This document shows, in pieces, positions 1 through 9,658 of a DNA stretch of 64,000 nt. Location: the IMG/VR virus record IMGVR_UViG_3300015242_000020, positions 32,001-96,000 of that record, one strand, 5' to 3'. Source of the stretch: a virus. The notes under the pieces are model-generated. The model worked only from the letters and a program-made list of their open reading frames with translations, did no database searches and was not told the DNA's origin. Numbering within the stretch: position 1 is the first letter of the stretch; every line of letters begins with the position of its first letter. The translations under genes were made by a program, and so were the position numbers.

Positions 1-138
1 ATCCAGCAGCACCAAGGTCTCCACCGCACACTCCTGGATCGGGTTGATCCGGTACCCGGTCAACAGTCCGCGTCGCTCGGCTAGCCGAAATTGATGCTCC
101 AAATAGGGATCAATGCCGTCTAGCCGGAAGGTTTTCCC
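1..138 (-). CDS. Tail assembly chaperone -1 frameshift extension (gpGT-like), truncated by window edge
   Basis: GGGAAAA at 138-132. The -1 frame stays open to position 1 (GKTFRLDGIDPYLEHQFRLAERRGLL...). Confidence 0.75.
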
Positions 139-653
139 AGTTCATCGATCAGCTCCCGCACCGTGGACTCCAGCTCGTAAAACTGGGTGAAGACGTAATC
201 GATGGTCGGTGCGAACCAGCGATACATCACGTACTCGAACCGGGCCGCAATGTTGGTGTCGTTCTCCCCGTTGCTGATCGGCATCACCGGGAGGTCTTTG
301 CCATCGACGGAGATGATGCAGGCGGCCACTGTGGCCGCCTGATATGCCTTGGCGGCGAAGTCGGTGTCTCGGTAGCGGCCGGCGGCCACCGCGATCTCGG
401 CGTACTCCCCCACGTTGAGGGTCCGAATGACGAACCGGTGTCCCATCCACTCGAAGCTTTTCTTCAACGCGCCCAGAAATAGCAGTCCGTTGAGGTCGTC
501 TCGGTAGCGATCGTCGAACCGGGGAATCTCCGTCTCGGTGGGGGCAGGAGCCACCTCATCGCCACTCTCCAGCCCCGAGAGCGGGGCTACCAGGGTGGGA
601 TCGAGGGTGTCGTACATCGCCTGGTCCGGCGACGGCTCCTCCGAGACCGGCAT
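120..653 (-). CDS. Tail assembly chaperone (gpG-like)
   Basis: Directly downstream of tail tube; acidic; ends in slippery G-GGA-AAA. Confidence 0.75.
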   Translation of the reverse strand: MPVSEEPSPDQAMYDTLDPTLVAPLSGLESGDEVAPAPTETEIPRFDDRYRDDLNGLLFLGALKKSFEWMGHRFVIRTLNVGEYAEIAVAAGRYRDTDFAAKAYQAATVAACIISVDGKDLPVMPISNGENDTNIAARFEYVMYRWFAPTIDYVFTQFYELESTVRELIDELGKPSG

Positions 654-677
654 ATTTCTATCTCCTTGATAAACGGA

Positions 678-1199
678 CTAAAGAGCCGTTGTATGGGTAT
701 AAGCAATAGTAATGGTCTTAGCGACCGAAAGTGCGCCGATCTGGACGGTGTCCCCGTCCTCGACGTTGACGATCGTGCAGCGGTGGTAGACCTTGCCGTA
801 GCGCGAGCCCGAGCCCGACGGCGGCGTGATGATCTTCGTGCAGGTGACGTATTGCGGGGTCTGCGCCAGCTTCTTGAAGATGTCCACGATGGTCTTGGTG
901 CCTGCCAGACCCTGCATCTGCTCCCAGACCTCTTTGTTCCACAGCTCGCGGATCGAGAGCGTCAACGTGCCGCCATCGAGCACCCGGGAGGTGACGATGT
1001 CGGTGGGCACCTCATACCCCAGCGGGTGGATGAACTCGTAGCCGGCACCGCCGGTGGACAGCGCCCGCTGCCCGGAGTCCTGAACGCCCTCCAGGTAGGC
1101 AATCGGCTTGCCCTGATATTGGAAGGTCGTGTAGTTGGACCCGACGGTACGGACGCCGGTCTGCCTGGTGTCGCTCGGCACCACGCCTGGTGAAGTCAT
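678..1199 (-). CDS. Tail tube protein
   Basis: 173 aa, beta-rich, immediately after the sheath gene. Confidence 0.75.
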   Translation of the reverse strand: MTSPGVVPSDTRQTGVRTVGSNYTTFQYQGKPIAYLEGVQDSGQRALSTGGAGYEFIHPLGYEVPTDIVTSRVLDGGTLTLSIRELWNKEVWEQMQGLAGTKTIVDIFKKLAQTPQYVTCTKIITPPSGSGSRYGKVYHRCTIVNVEDGDTVQIGALSVAKTITIAYTHTTAL

Positions 1200-1210
1200 T
1201 GTTCAGCCCC

Positions 1211-2719
1211 TCAGGAGGTCGTCGAGCCGGACGTCGTACTGGTGGCCTCAGTACTGGTCAAGCCGGTCGTGGTGTCGATCGAGAACACGATCGAGATGTA
1301 GTTGATCGGGTAGGCCGGCTGGTAGGCGAACTCGACTTCCATCACCGAGGGATTCACCGACTCCTGCCGTACCGCCAGGCCGGTGTAGCCCAAGATGGCG
1401 CCCTGCAGGCTGGCGTGCTCCAGCAGACCGGCGACCACCGCCTTGATCGAGTCCGGGGTGTCGGCGGTGATCGGGGTCCCGATCAGGCCAGCCTGGTCCG
1501 TGCCGATCTGGATGAGCTGCAGCAGGTAGTCGTTGGTCCGGACCAGCGAGATCTCCCCGGAGGTGAGGTTGGTCGGCCCCATCGTGGTGACCCCGTGCCG
1601 GCACACCGTGTTGCCCAGCCGGTCAGCCTCGGTGATGGCCACGCCACCGGAGGCGTAGCGGTTCTTCAGGCTGGCCGAGACCGGGATACCACCCAGACCG
1701 GCGAAGGACCGGATGACCTGCTTGGTGAGGCCCTGCTGCACCGGCAGTGCGGAGAGCAAGCCGGCATAGGCGGCAGCGAGGTACTGGTGGCCCAGTGTCA
1801 GGTTCTGATTCGCCGAACCGTTGTAGTAGGCCATGCCTTGGGGGCAGGCGTAGGCGAGCACCATCCGGGAATCGGAGAAGCTGCCGGCGGAGATGATCTG
1901 ATCCGGCGCGGTGGCCACGGTGGGGTCAAACCCCAGCAGCCCCATCCGGTAGTAGCCATCGGCGGAGGAGGTCTCGACGTGGGCCCGCAGGTCGTTGCCG
2001 GCAGCGGCCGTGTCGGAGTCCTGCAGGCCATCGGTGACCGGGACGATCAGCGCGGCGGAGTAGTTGGTGGCGATCTTCACGTAGGCGTCAGACAGTGCCG
2101 ATCGCTGCGCGGCGGAGATGGCCGCCGGATCGGTCAGGGAGGGATCCGGTGGTGTGGCGGCGCACAGGATCAGTTCGCCGGCACCGTTCTCGAAGGCGAT
2201 CTTGGCGGCCAGCGAGATCGGAGAGGTCACCGGCACGTAGCTGGTGTCCCCGGCGGTGGGCGCGGTCAGCGCGAGCGGCTCGCCGAAGACGGCCTTGACG
2301 TCGCCGAAGTTGTCCAGCACACGCGGCATGTAGTAATCCGGCGTGGTGTAGCGGTAGCTGATTGTGCACAAGGTGTCGGCGGTCAGCGCGCCACCGATCA
2401 CCCGAGCCACCGTGACGTGGTAGGTCTGCCCCGAGCCGGCGCCCTGCACGGCGGTGTAGTCGGCCGAGACGGTCAGGGTGGCGCTGGTATCGGTGCGGAC
2501 CACCACGATCGAGGTCAGGTCGATGCCCTGCTGGGCGAGCTGGGCGTCGGTCGTGGTGAGCACCACCTGCTCGGTGTAGCTCTGGTAGCCGATCCCTGGC
2601 CCGACGATGGCGACGTCGCTCGGCGGGATACCGGTCGAGGTGACCTGCGTCGTCGGGGTCTCGGTCACGTACACGCCCGGTGGCGAATACCCACCGGTCA
2701 AAAACGCAGGTGTGGTCAT
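1211..2719 (-). CDS. Tail sheath protein
   Basis: N-terminal YSPPGVYVTE and C-terminal EVEFAYQPAYPINYISIVF, typical of contractile sheaths. Confidence 0.92.
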   Translation of the reverse strand: MTTPAFLTGGYSPPGVYVTETPTTQVTSTGIPPSDVAIVGPGIGYQSYTEQVVLTTTDAQLAQQGIDLTSIVVVRTDTSATLTVSADYTAVQGAGSGQTYHVTVARVIGGALTADTLCTISYRYTTPDYYMPRVLDNFGDVKAVFGEPLALTAPTAGDTSYVPVTSPISLAAKIAFENGAGELILCAATPPDPSLTDPAAISAAQRSALSDAYVKIATNYSAALIVPVTDGLQDSDTAAAGNDLRAHVETSSADGYYRMGLLGFDPTVATAPDQIISAGSFSDSRMVLAYACPQGMAYYNGSANQNLTLGHQYLAAAYAGLLSALPVQQGLTKQVIRSFAGLGGIPVSASLKNRYASGGVAITEADRLGNTVCRHGVTTMGPTNLTSGEISLVRTNDYLLQLIQIGTDQAGLIGTPITADTPDSIKAVVAGLLEHASLQGAILGYTGLAVRQESVNPSVMEVEFAYQPAYPINYISIVFSIDTTTGLTSTEATSTTSGSTTS

Positions 2720-2749
2720 CGATCCGGACTCCCTGTCGACGAGGCTTCT

Positions 2750-2788
2750 CTACCTCTTCAACCGGCCGCCCGAATTGAGGGCACAGGG
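2750..2788 (-). promoter_or_regulatory. Late-promoter-like element (sheath)
   Basis: CCCTGT-N22-TGAAGAGGTAG, 30 nt upstream of ATG. Confidence 0.7.
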
Positions 2789-2825
2789 GGAGACTCAGGA
2801 TGGGTCAATCGCAGATATTTCTATC

Positions 2826-3455
2826 TCACTGCCAACCCGGTCCGGCCGTCTCGATCGGTGGAGTCTGACCCTCGATCCAGTCGTAGACCTTGATCGCCGA
2901 CAGCGGCACCAGCACCAGCGCCTCCGGGTCGACCCGAAAGAGCCCGGTGCAGTCCATCGAGACCGTCTGCTCGTAGACCACCTCATTGGTGCCCCAGGGG
3001 GTGCCTTGGCTCTCGGCCTTGCCGTTGACACCGAACCGGTCCCACTGCGGATCCACCGCGATCAGGTCATTGCCCAGGAGCTTCTGCCGGAACACCGCGC
3101 GCTCGGGGTTGAGCAGGCCGAAGGCCAGCACCTTGGTCATCTCATCGACCAGCCGGTCACGCTCCAGGGAGGTCAGCGCCACGCAGGTGAAGGAGATGGT
3201 GCCGCCGTAGCGAAAGACCGCCGTACGCCGAGGGTTGTCCTCCCCCTCCACCACGATCCACTCAGCATGGTTGATGCCGGCGGACTGGATCGGCTGGGTC
3301 GGAGTGAAGTCGATCCAGACCCCGGGATAGTTCGCCTGCTCCATCGGGTACTCGATCGACACGTCGACCCCGGTGAAGTCGAACTCCGGGTAGTCGCCTA
3401 CAAAGGTCGCCTGCAGGGACTCGACGAGCGCGGTCTTCAAGGAAGAGATAAACAT
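2826..3455 (-). CDS. Putative tail terminator/completion protein
   Basis: Position upstream of sheath, size and acidic alpha/beta pattern. Confidence 0.5.
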   Translation of the reverse strand: MFISSLKTALVESLQATFVGDYPEFDFTGVDVSIEYPMEQANYPGVWIDFTPTQPIQSAGINHAEWIVVEGEDNPRRTAVFRYGGTISFTCVALTSLERDRLVDEMTKVLAFGLLNPERAVFRQKLLGNDLIAVDPQWDRFGVNGKAESQGTPWGTNEVVYEQTVSMDCTGLFRVDPEALVLVPLSAIKVYDWIEGQTPPIETAGPGWQ

Positions 3456-3462
3456 GGCGCTC

Positions 3463-4128
3463 CTACTTCTGGTGGATCTGCGGGTTGCCGAATCCGGAGA
3501 CGGCAGCGACGGTCAGGATCGCATGGTGCAGGAAATGCTTGGGCGTGATGCCGGGGTTGAACCAGCGGACACCAACATTGCGCACCGCGATCTTCCCACT
3601 GGAGGGTCCGGGGTATTTGACCACCTGCCGGCGGGTAATGCGCCCGGGGGCGCCCGGATAGGAGCTGGGCACGTCCACCATCTGGAAGGTGCCGCGCACC
3701 TTGCGCTTCACCGTCTTGCGATCACCCACTTTGGCGGCCCGACGGAAGATCAGCACCTGCGTCTTGCCCGACGCCGTCACGCGCACCTTGGCCGAGGGGC
3801 TCTTGCTGCGCTCCTTACCGGTCGGGTCATCGATCCACATCGGAATTGTCTTGCCGGCCAGGTTGGTCATCACCCTGGGCTTGGTGCCGGCCTCCTGATA
3901 CCAAGTCCAAGGGTCGAGCCACCGGATGCCGTAAAAGCCGGCTCCGAAATAGGTCCGCAAGTTCTGCGAGGAGTGGCCAGTCAGTTTGGGCGCGAGGTTC
4001 TGGGCGATCCTTACGGCTTGCTGCGAGAGGTCCCATGCCTGATGCTCAGGCAGCCCGTCAATAAGCACGTAGAGTCGGTCGGGGGTGTTGGCTCCCGACG
4101 TCGTGATGGACTGCCCAGGCTGGCTCAT
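3463..4128 (-). CDS. Putative neck/tail completion protein (basic)
   Basis: Synteny; C-terminal WFNPGITPKHFL resembles the HPG..P..F motif of tail completion proteins. Confidence 0.45.
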   Translation of the reverse strand: MSQPGQSITTSGANTPDRLYVLIDGLPEHQAWDLSQQAVRIAQNLAPKLTGHSSQNLRTYFGAGFYGIRWLDPWTWYQEAGTKPRVMTNLAGKTIPMWIDDPTGKERSKSPSAKVRVTASGKTQVLIFRRAAKVGDRKTVKRKVRGTFQMVDVPSSYPGAPGRITRRQVVKYPGPSSGKIAVRNVGVRWFNPGITPKHFLHHAILTVAAVSGFGNPQIHQK

Positions 4129-4839
4129 CTACGGCACCAGTGGGCCATTAATTTGTTCCAGCGCACTGAAGTCCGGGGGCCAGTGAGTGCCGGTAGTCAC
4201 CCGGAGAATAGCCGAGAGCCGGTCGGCCGATGGCGGGATCATGTAGGCCACCGAGGCTGGGTCCTCCAGCCGAGCCTGGGAGATCTGGCCGGCCACCGAC
4301 TTCTGATAGTCCGGCACATCAAACCCGGACCGGATCCAGGTGCCGGACAGCTCCTCTCCCTGATACCGGCCACCATCGGCTCGGAAGACGTAGTCCCCAT
4401 GCCGGAAGGAAAAGTCCTCGGTCGTCTCGATCACCATGGCGTCGCTGGATGCCTCGCCACGGGGGGTGTGCTGGGTGTCGGTGTTGGAGTCGGTCCACAG
4501 TGACGGGCGCACGATCTGAGCCCGGATGCCCCCCTGAAAATGGGTGCCGTAGCAGTCCGGGCACTTCTCCCTGGTGGGCTGCTCGTAGGCGTGTGACATC
4601 CGGCCGAGCACCGAGTCGCTCAGCGTGCAGGTGGGGCACAGCGCCACGAGTCCCTTGTCGTAGTCCTTGGCGTACCAGAGCAGCGTGAAGACAGCGAACT
4701 CGCCCATCTGGTAGAGGGCCTCGGTATGAGAATCCCGGACCTGCTGCTGCGCCCACAGCTCGCGCTGGTCCAGCCAGGAGGTGGTCTGACCGAGAGGGAG
4801 CTGCGGCTGGGGGGATGCAATCGGGAAAGGGATAGGCAT
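4129..4839 (-). CDS. Putative head closure protein with two CxxC pairs
   Basis: CPTC...CPDCYGT; synteny. Confidence 0.5.
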   Translation of the reverse strand: MPIPFPIASPQPQLPLGQTTSWLDQRELWAQQQVRDSHTEALYQMGEFAVFTLLWYAKDYDKGLVALCPTCTLSDSVLGRMSHAYEQPTREKCPDCYGTHFQGGIRAQIVRPSLWTDSNTDTQHTPRGEASSDAMVIETTEDFSFRHGDYVFRADGGRYQGEELSGTWIRSGFDVPDYQKSVAGQISQARLEDPASVAYMIPPSADRLSAILRVTTGTHWPPDFSALEQINGPLVP

Positions 4840-4844
4840 ACGAC

Positions 4845-5315
4845 TCAGCTTTCCAGCTCGATGTTGTACGACATATTGGCGGGAATTGTCGCCCCGGTGA
4901 CTACCCGGAGCACGGTCGTCACCGACGGAGGACAGTAAACCTCACGTCCGAGTGGCCACAGGAATGGCAGTGCACTGGCGTACCAATTCTTGATAACCCT
5001 CAAGGTTCCCGTGTTGATTACAGCCTCAGCGGTAAACGCCCCCACCGTTACCGTAGCCCCGGGGAAAGCAATGCTCTGACCTTCTCCATTTAGCCTGTCT
5101 GGGGTGAAAGCCGTACCGCCGGTCGCTGCGGTAAACGTGCTCGTGAACCGGACGATCTGGACCAGTGGCAGCGTAGTTTTGGAGACGTCGTCGATACCCA
5201 CGTCACAAACGACGATTCGACAGGCTTGCGTAGAGGATGTGACCACTTGGGCAAAAGCCTTGGTCGACGAGGCAGTCAGCGCGAATGAACCGGCTACCGA
5301 GTAGGTCTCAGCCAT
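4845..5315 (-). CDS. Putative virion structural protein
   Basis: T/A/V-rich beta protein in the structural block; good RBS. Confidence 0.5.
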   Translation of the reverse strand: MAETYSVAGSFALTASSTKAFAQVVTSSTQACRIVVCDVGIDDVSKTTLPLVQIVRFTSTFTAATGGTAFTPDRLNGEGQSIAFPGATVTVGAFTAEAVINTGTLRVIKNWYASALPFLWPLGREVYCPPSVTTVLRVVTGATIPANMSYNIELES

Positions 5316-5329
5316 GAAAGTATTGCTCC

Positions 5330-6712
5330 TTACCAGGTAGACGATCGGAAATGTGCTACAGGAGAGATGGGAATACGCCGTGGTGAGACAGCTGCTACAG
5401 CAGCTGCCTTGATCTCCATCAGCGCCATGTTGTAGTTCTCAGCCGCAGGCGCGGTGAGGTTCATGGTTTGCGATCCGGCAGCACCAGCCACCAGAAGACG
5501 CCAAAAGTGCGCGGTGTAATTACTGGCATCATTGAAGTCATCGACCATATATTGCCCGGAGCCCACAGTGCCCAAGCCGGTCGCCCCCCAGTCCGCTACC
5601 ATCGCCAAAACTTGGGAATTGTTGGCGATGGTCAAACTTCCCGATGGAAGACCCGAGGCATTCGCCGCAGCACTGATAGCCCCCGTGTAGGTGGCTCCCT
5701 CATCATGAGTGACCTGCACCAAATGCGCGCGCACAATCCAGGACACGGTGGTGGCGCCGGCATTGGGTGTCACCGTGACGGTGATGGCGCTCGTTCCAGT
5801 GGTGTACGCCTCCCAAATCTCCGCGCTCGTACCGGTCGACCCAGCCCCGCCAGTTGAGCCCGCGTTCAGACTCTTCCACGGTCTCTTCGTCCAGGTGAGC
5901 GCTCCATCAGCTACCGAAGTGATCGTGGCATCACCGGCCGAAGGCTTGTTCGCCCCAACTGCCACCAGGAGTCGAGTGCCTGCGCCCCCTCCGCGAGGAA
6001 TGAACGTAAAGGTTGCCGTGGTGGAGGAAGTGGTGGTAGTGGGAGCTAGCGAACAGTCCAGATCGAGCAGCACGCTGGCGGTATCAGCCACGACGTCGAT
6101 CGCAATGATGCCCCAAAAGTCTGAGGTCAGAGTGTGGGTCATCGTGACGGTGCTGGCTCCGGAGGCGCTGGCCATGGCAGCGCAGCCGCCGCCGGAAAGG
6201 GTGGAGAAGTTGTCCAACCACCGCTGAGTGTTTCCAGTGGCCGAGATAGCACTTCCACAGGACGCCGAGCTGAGCACCATATTGCCGGTCTGACTCGGAA
6301 TGGTCAGCGACATCGAGGTGCTATTGCCATACGCGGTATTGGCGTTGCGATAGGGCTGGGTCTGGTGCACTCCTGAAAAGCTGACTGATCCGCCCACGAT
6401 GCTGGTGATCGATTTATTGACCGTGACCACCACGTTGTGCGCACCGCTGGGCGGGTTGATCATCATGAACAGTTCGGCGTATCCAGAGCCGCTCCCGTTC
6501 GCCGCACACCGGCCGATCGACGTCATGGCGACACCGTTGTAAGTGGCTGTGGTCGTCACCGTCAGATCGGCGGTCCCCATACCGGTGTCAGCAGCGGCAA
6601 ACAGCGCCATGTTGGTGCCCGCACCCACGGTGTGGGACCAGGTCAGTGAGGATGCGGTCAACGCGCCGGTGCCCGATGAGCTAGGTCCGACCGCATCAAA
6701 GGCGACGCTCAT
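5330..6712 (-). CDS. Minor virion/fibre protein with two beta-sandwich-like domains
   Basis: S/T/G/A-rich; LTWSHTV...ATYNGVAMT motif. Confidence 0.6.
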   Translation of the reverse strand: MSVAFDAVGPSSSGTGALTASSLTWSHTVGAGTNMALFAAADTGMGTADLTVTTTATYNGVAMTSIGRCAANGSGSGYAELFMMINPPSGAHNVVVTVNKSITSIVGGSVSFSGVHQTQPYRNANTAYGNSTSMSLTIPSQTGNMVLSSASCGSAISATGNTQRWLDNFSTLSGGGCAAMASASGASTVTMTHTLTSDFWGIIAIDVVADTASVLLDLDCSLAPTTTTSSTTATFTFIPRGGGAGTRLLVAVGANKPSAGDATITSVADGALTWTKRPWKSLNAGSTGGAGSTGTSAEIWEAYTTGTSAITVTVTPNAGATTVSWIVRAHLVQVTHDEGATYTGAISAAANASGLPSGSLTIANNSQVLAMVADWGATGLGTVGSGQYMVDDFNDASNYTAHFWRLLVAGAAGSQTMNLTAPAAENYNMALMEIKAAAVAAVSPRRIPISPVAHFRSSTW

Positions 6713-8169
6713 TGTGGTGGCTCCCAGCTATCGCCGTCCAGATGTCGCAGAGTGCCGCCGGTGCGCCAGCTGGTTCCGTCCCAGCGTTTCATCGTGCCGC
6801 CGGTGCGGAAGGAGCTGCCATCCCAGCGCTTCAGGACAGCCCCGGGGGCCGCTGTGTGGGCCGTGAGCGCGTCAGATCCCGATCCGGAGTCAGAGAGACC
6901 GACCGCCGCTCCGACGCTGCACAGCTCGCTCCCAGAGCCACTGTCGCCGAAGTTGAGGAGCACGGTGATGGCATAGGACTCCTGAGCGGATCCGGAGTCG
7001 GTCAGGGTGACCGCCGCGTTCACCCCAAGCTGCTCGGTCGCGGATCCGGAGTCGATCAGGGTGGTTACCACAGTGACGGTCAGGCTGTCGGTTGCGGTCC
7101 CGGAGTCGGCCAGAGAGACGGCAGCACCCACAGCGAGGTGGTCTGTGCCCGCACCAGAGTCAGCGACTCCCAGCGAGCCGGAGACAGCCAGGGTCTGCGT
7201 GCTGGTGCCGGTATCGGCCAGAGGAGCGCTGGCGACCACAGAGAGCGACTCAGATCCAGCCCCGAAGTCGTCCAAGGTGGGATTTCCGGAGCCGGAGACC
7301 GAGAATCCATCCGCTCCAGTGCCGGTATCGGTGAGAGACACGGCGACCGTGACCGATATCGACTCCGAGCCGGTACCGGAGTCAAGCAGTACCGGCGTTT
7401 CGACCGCCACCAAAGAATCCGAGCCAGCACCGGTATCGGCGAGCGGAACCGAGGCGGCCACCGCCAAGGTGTCAGATCCTGCTCCGGAGTCGGCGAGGCC
7501 AACGAGGTTGATGTGGGAGAGGCTGTCGGTAGCGGCGCCGGTATCGGCGAGTGGGATTGCCCCCGTGATGCTGAGGCTGTCGGTGGCGATCCCCGCATCC
7601 GCCAGTGGAATAGCAGCCGATACGCCCAGCGAGTCACCGCCTACACCATTCTCGATCAGCGGCACAGCTGCAGTCGCAGAGAGGTTTTCCGTGGCGGCGG
7701 CTGAGTCAGCGAGTGGCACTGTGGCGGTGGGGGAAAGGCTATCCGTACCGACCCCGGAATCGGTGAGGGAGACCTGGTTGACGCCGAGGAAACTGTCGGT
7801 ACCGGCACCGGAATCATTGAGTGGGATCGCGGCCTGAAGACTGAGGGAATCGGCAGCCGAGCCGGAATCCGCGAGGGAGACATTCCCAATCCAGCTCAGT
7901 GAGTCCGAGCCCGATCCCGAATCGGAAAGAGGCACAGCGACAGTTTCCGTGATGGAATCAGTCGCGGCACCCGAATCAGAAATGGGGATGTTGGCTGCTA
8001 CCGCAAGGGTGTCGCTGCTCGCGCCGGAGTCCGCCAGTGGAAGTGCCGCAGTGACAGAAAGGGCATCACTGCCGGCACCTGAATCGGTGAGAGTCTTGGA
8101 TGTCGTCGATTGGACGTTCGGGCGGACGATGATCGGCCGTGCCGGAAATCCACGACCCAGTCTCGACAC
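6709..8169 (-). CDS. Repetitive fibre-like protein (~17-aa L.DSG.G.D.L repeats)
   Basis: More than 20 tandem Asp/Ser repeats; C-terminal KRWDG repeats. Confidence 0.65.
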   Translation of the reverse strand: MSRLGRGFPARPIIVRPNVQSTTSKTLTDSGAGSDALSVTAALPLADSGASSDTLAVAANIPISDSGAATDSITETVAVPLSDSGSGSDSLSWIGNVSLADSGSAADSLSLQAAIPLNDSGAGTDSFLGVNQVSLTDSGVGTDSLSPTATVPLADSAAATENLSATAAVPLIENGVGGDSLGVSAAIPLADAGIATDSLSITGAIPLADTGAATDSLSHINLVGLADSGAGSDTLAVAASVPLADTGAGSDSLVAVETPVLLDSGTGSESISVTVAVSLTDTGTGADGFSVSGSGNPTLDDFGAGSESLSVVASAPLADTGTSTQTLAVSGSLGVADSGAGTDHLAVGAAVSLADSGTATDSLTVTVVTTLIDSGSATEQLGVNAAVTLTDSGSAQESYAITVLLNFGDSGSGSELCSVGAAVGLSDSGSGSDALTAHTAAPGAVLKRWDGSSFRTGGTMKRWDGTSWRTGGTLRHLDGDSWEPPQ

Positions 8170-8191
8170 GACCCATCACCTCCCCACCAGA

Positions 8192-8581
8192 TCAGTATTC
8201 GGAAACGTACAAGTTCGCTATGCCTTGCGCATCGGCATAATAGAACAATCGACCTATTCCCAACTCGATCGGATCCGGAAAATCGAATCCACCAGATATC
8301 CCCGCTCCGACGTACTTTTGAACGAATAGTTCAGACGAGTACCCCGTTGAGATCTCCTGAACTCGCCAACCTGAATCAGTCCCCTGGTGACGGACTGGTC
8401 CTTGATATTGAGGCGACACATCAGGGCCAGAGACTGGTCCCGTCGTACGTGTCACCGTCAACAACGTCAGTGCCGGACAAGTAAACTCGAATCTGTGCAC
8501 CAGTAGACCCCGGACATTTGTTTCCGGTGGAACTAAGGCGTAGGAAGTTGAGCCCACCATCTGGTGTGATATCAAATCCAT
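8192..8581 (-). CDS. Hypothetical protein (lower-GC codon usage)
   Basis: ORF fills the gap with an RBS. Confidence 0.55.
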   Translation of the reverse strand: MDLISHQMVGSTSYALVPPETNVRGLLVHRFEFTCPALTLLTVTRTTGPVSGPDVSPQYQGPVRHQGTDSGWRVQEISTGYSSELFVQKYVGAGISGGFDFPDPIELGIGRLFYYADAQGIANLYVSEY

Positions 8582-8594
8582 TGCAAGATATTCC

Positions 8595-9236
8595 TTACGT
8601 GAAGTTGATGGCAGCCGTAGCCGCCCAGGTCTGATTTACAACCTTGGTACCCTGGTTGGATACCGCTCGGTTTAGCAAGAGAGCATTGACCGTGGTACCG
8701 CCTGTGACCGTCGGAGTACCAACATCAAGACCGAACTCAGCCCACGCGAAGTTGCCGTCGTTGATTCCGAAGGTCGCCGCAAACGACACCTTCTCTGTAG
8801 CCGATGCGTCCCCGGTCGCCAACGTACCCGCCCCTGAAACAGGCTGGAAAAACCTGTTCGTCGAACCTGACGCTGCGGATAGATCCGTCTGAGAGATAGC
8901 GGCAGCCGTACTGGAATTTCCCACGCCGATACGCACAGCCGTAGCGCTCAGTGCCTGAGGTGAGCCACTGGCGATCGCCAGGTTCAATAGGCGCACCCAC
9001 CCAGCGGTGGTGATCAGGTTGCCGTGATGCTCGGTAACACTATAGGGGTTGACGTTGAGCGCGTGGAAATCACTCGCCTCTGGAGCTACCAGCCCAGACT
9101 GACGCTTGACCCATTCGGTCTGCTCGGCATCCCACCGCTCGAACATCCAGTTGGTAGTGCCATATGCACTGTCGGAAATGGGCGCTAGCACACCGACACT
9201 GATGGAGTCTCGGCCCAGGCCCTTGTCTGCAGTCAT
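8595..9236 (-). CDS. Putative virion structural protein
   Basis: Start revised to MTADKG; NLITTAG...IGVG...GNFAWAEFGL motif seen in phage tail proteins. Confidence 0.6.
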   Translation of the reverse strand: MTADKGLGRDSISVGVLAPISDSAYGTTNWMFERWDAEQTEWVKRQSGLVAPEASDFHALNVNPYSVTEHHGNLITTAGWVRLLNLAIASGSPQALSATAVRIGVGNSSTAAAISQTDLSAASGSTNRFFQPVSGAGTLATGDASATEKVSFAATFGINDGNFAWAEFGLDVGTPTVTGGTTVNALLLNRAVSNQGTKVVNQTWAATAAINFT

Positions 9237-9249
9237 GATTGCTGCCCTT

Positions 9250-9648
9250 TCATTGTTCGGTTGACGTGTCGAACCAGAGCCGGTCCGGTAGGAGTCCCGT
9301 GGTATCGGGGGCCGTGCTGCTGACGATGATCTGTTTCTGCTGCTCGATGCGGTCCGCCAGTACCGCATCGAGCCGATAGGAGCCGCTCGCCCCCGCTGGC
9401 TGAGTCCACAGTGATGTGACCTCCTCCAAGTCGGTGGTGTCCGGACCCAGGAATAACGGCAGCAGGGTGTCGCTGCCGATCGAGATGACATTCCCGATCG
9501 AGTGACCGGAAAGGTCCTGCAGGTCGGCCGGCTGGGTGCAGTCCTGATCCAGAAACACCGACAGAGAGGCGCCAGCAGGCACTGGGTACAGCGGGCCACC
9601 GAGGGAGTAGCTGTAGACCAGTCGATCCTGAGGGAATGTCCAGCGCAT
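9250..9648 (-). CDS. Putative virion protein (fibre N-terminal attachment-like)
   Basis: Shares the F...ADL...P.F.GPD pattern with the N-terminus of 9659-11770. Confidence 0.5.
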   Translation of the reverse strand: MRWTFPQDRLVYSYSLGGPLYPVPAGASLSVFLDQDCTQPADLQDLSGHSIGNVISIGSDTLLPLFLGPDTTDLEEVTSLWTQPAGASGSYRLDAVLADRIEQQKQIIVSSTAPDTTGLLPDRLWFDTSTEQ

Positions 9649-9658
9649 CTATTCTCCC

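Noticed and set aside
6709-8169. CRISPR array or DNA tandem repeat
   Set aside because: The repeats are protein-level with synonymous divergence; there are no identical repeat-spacer units.
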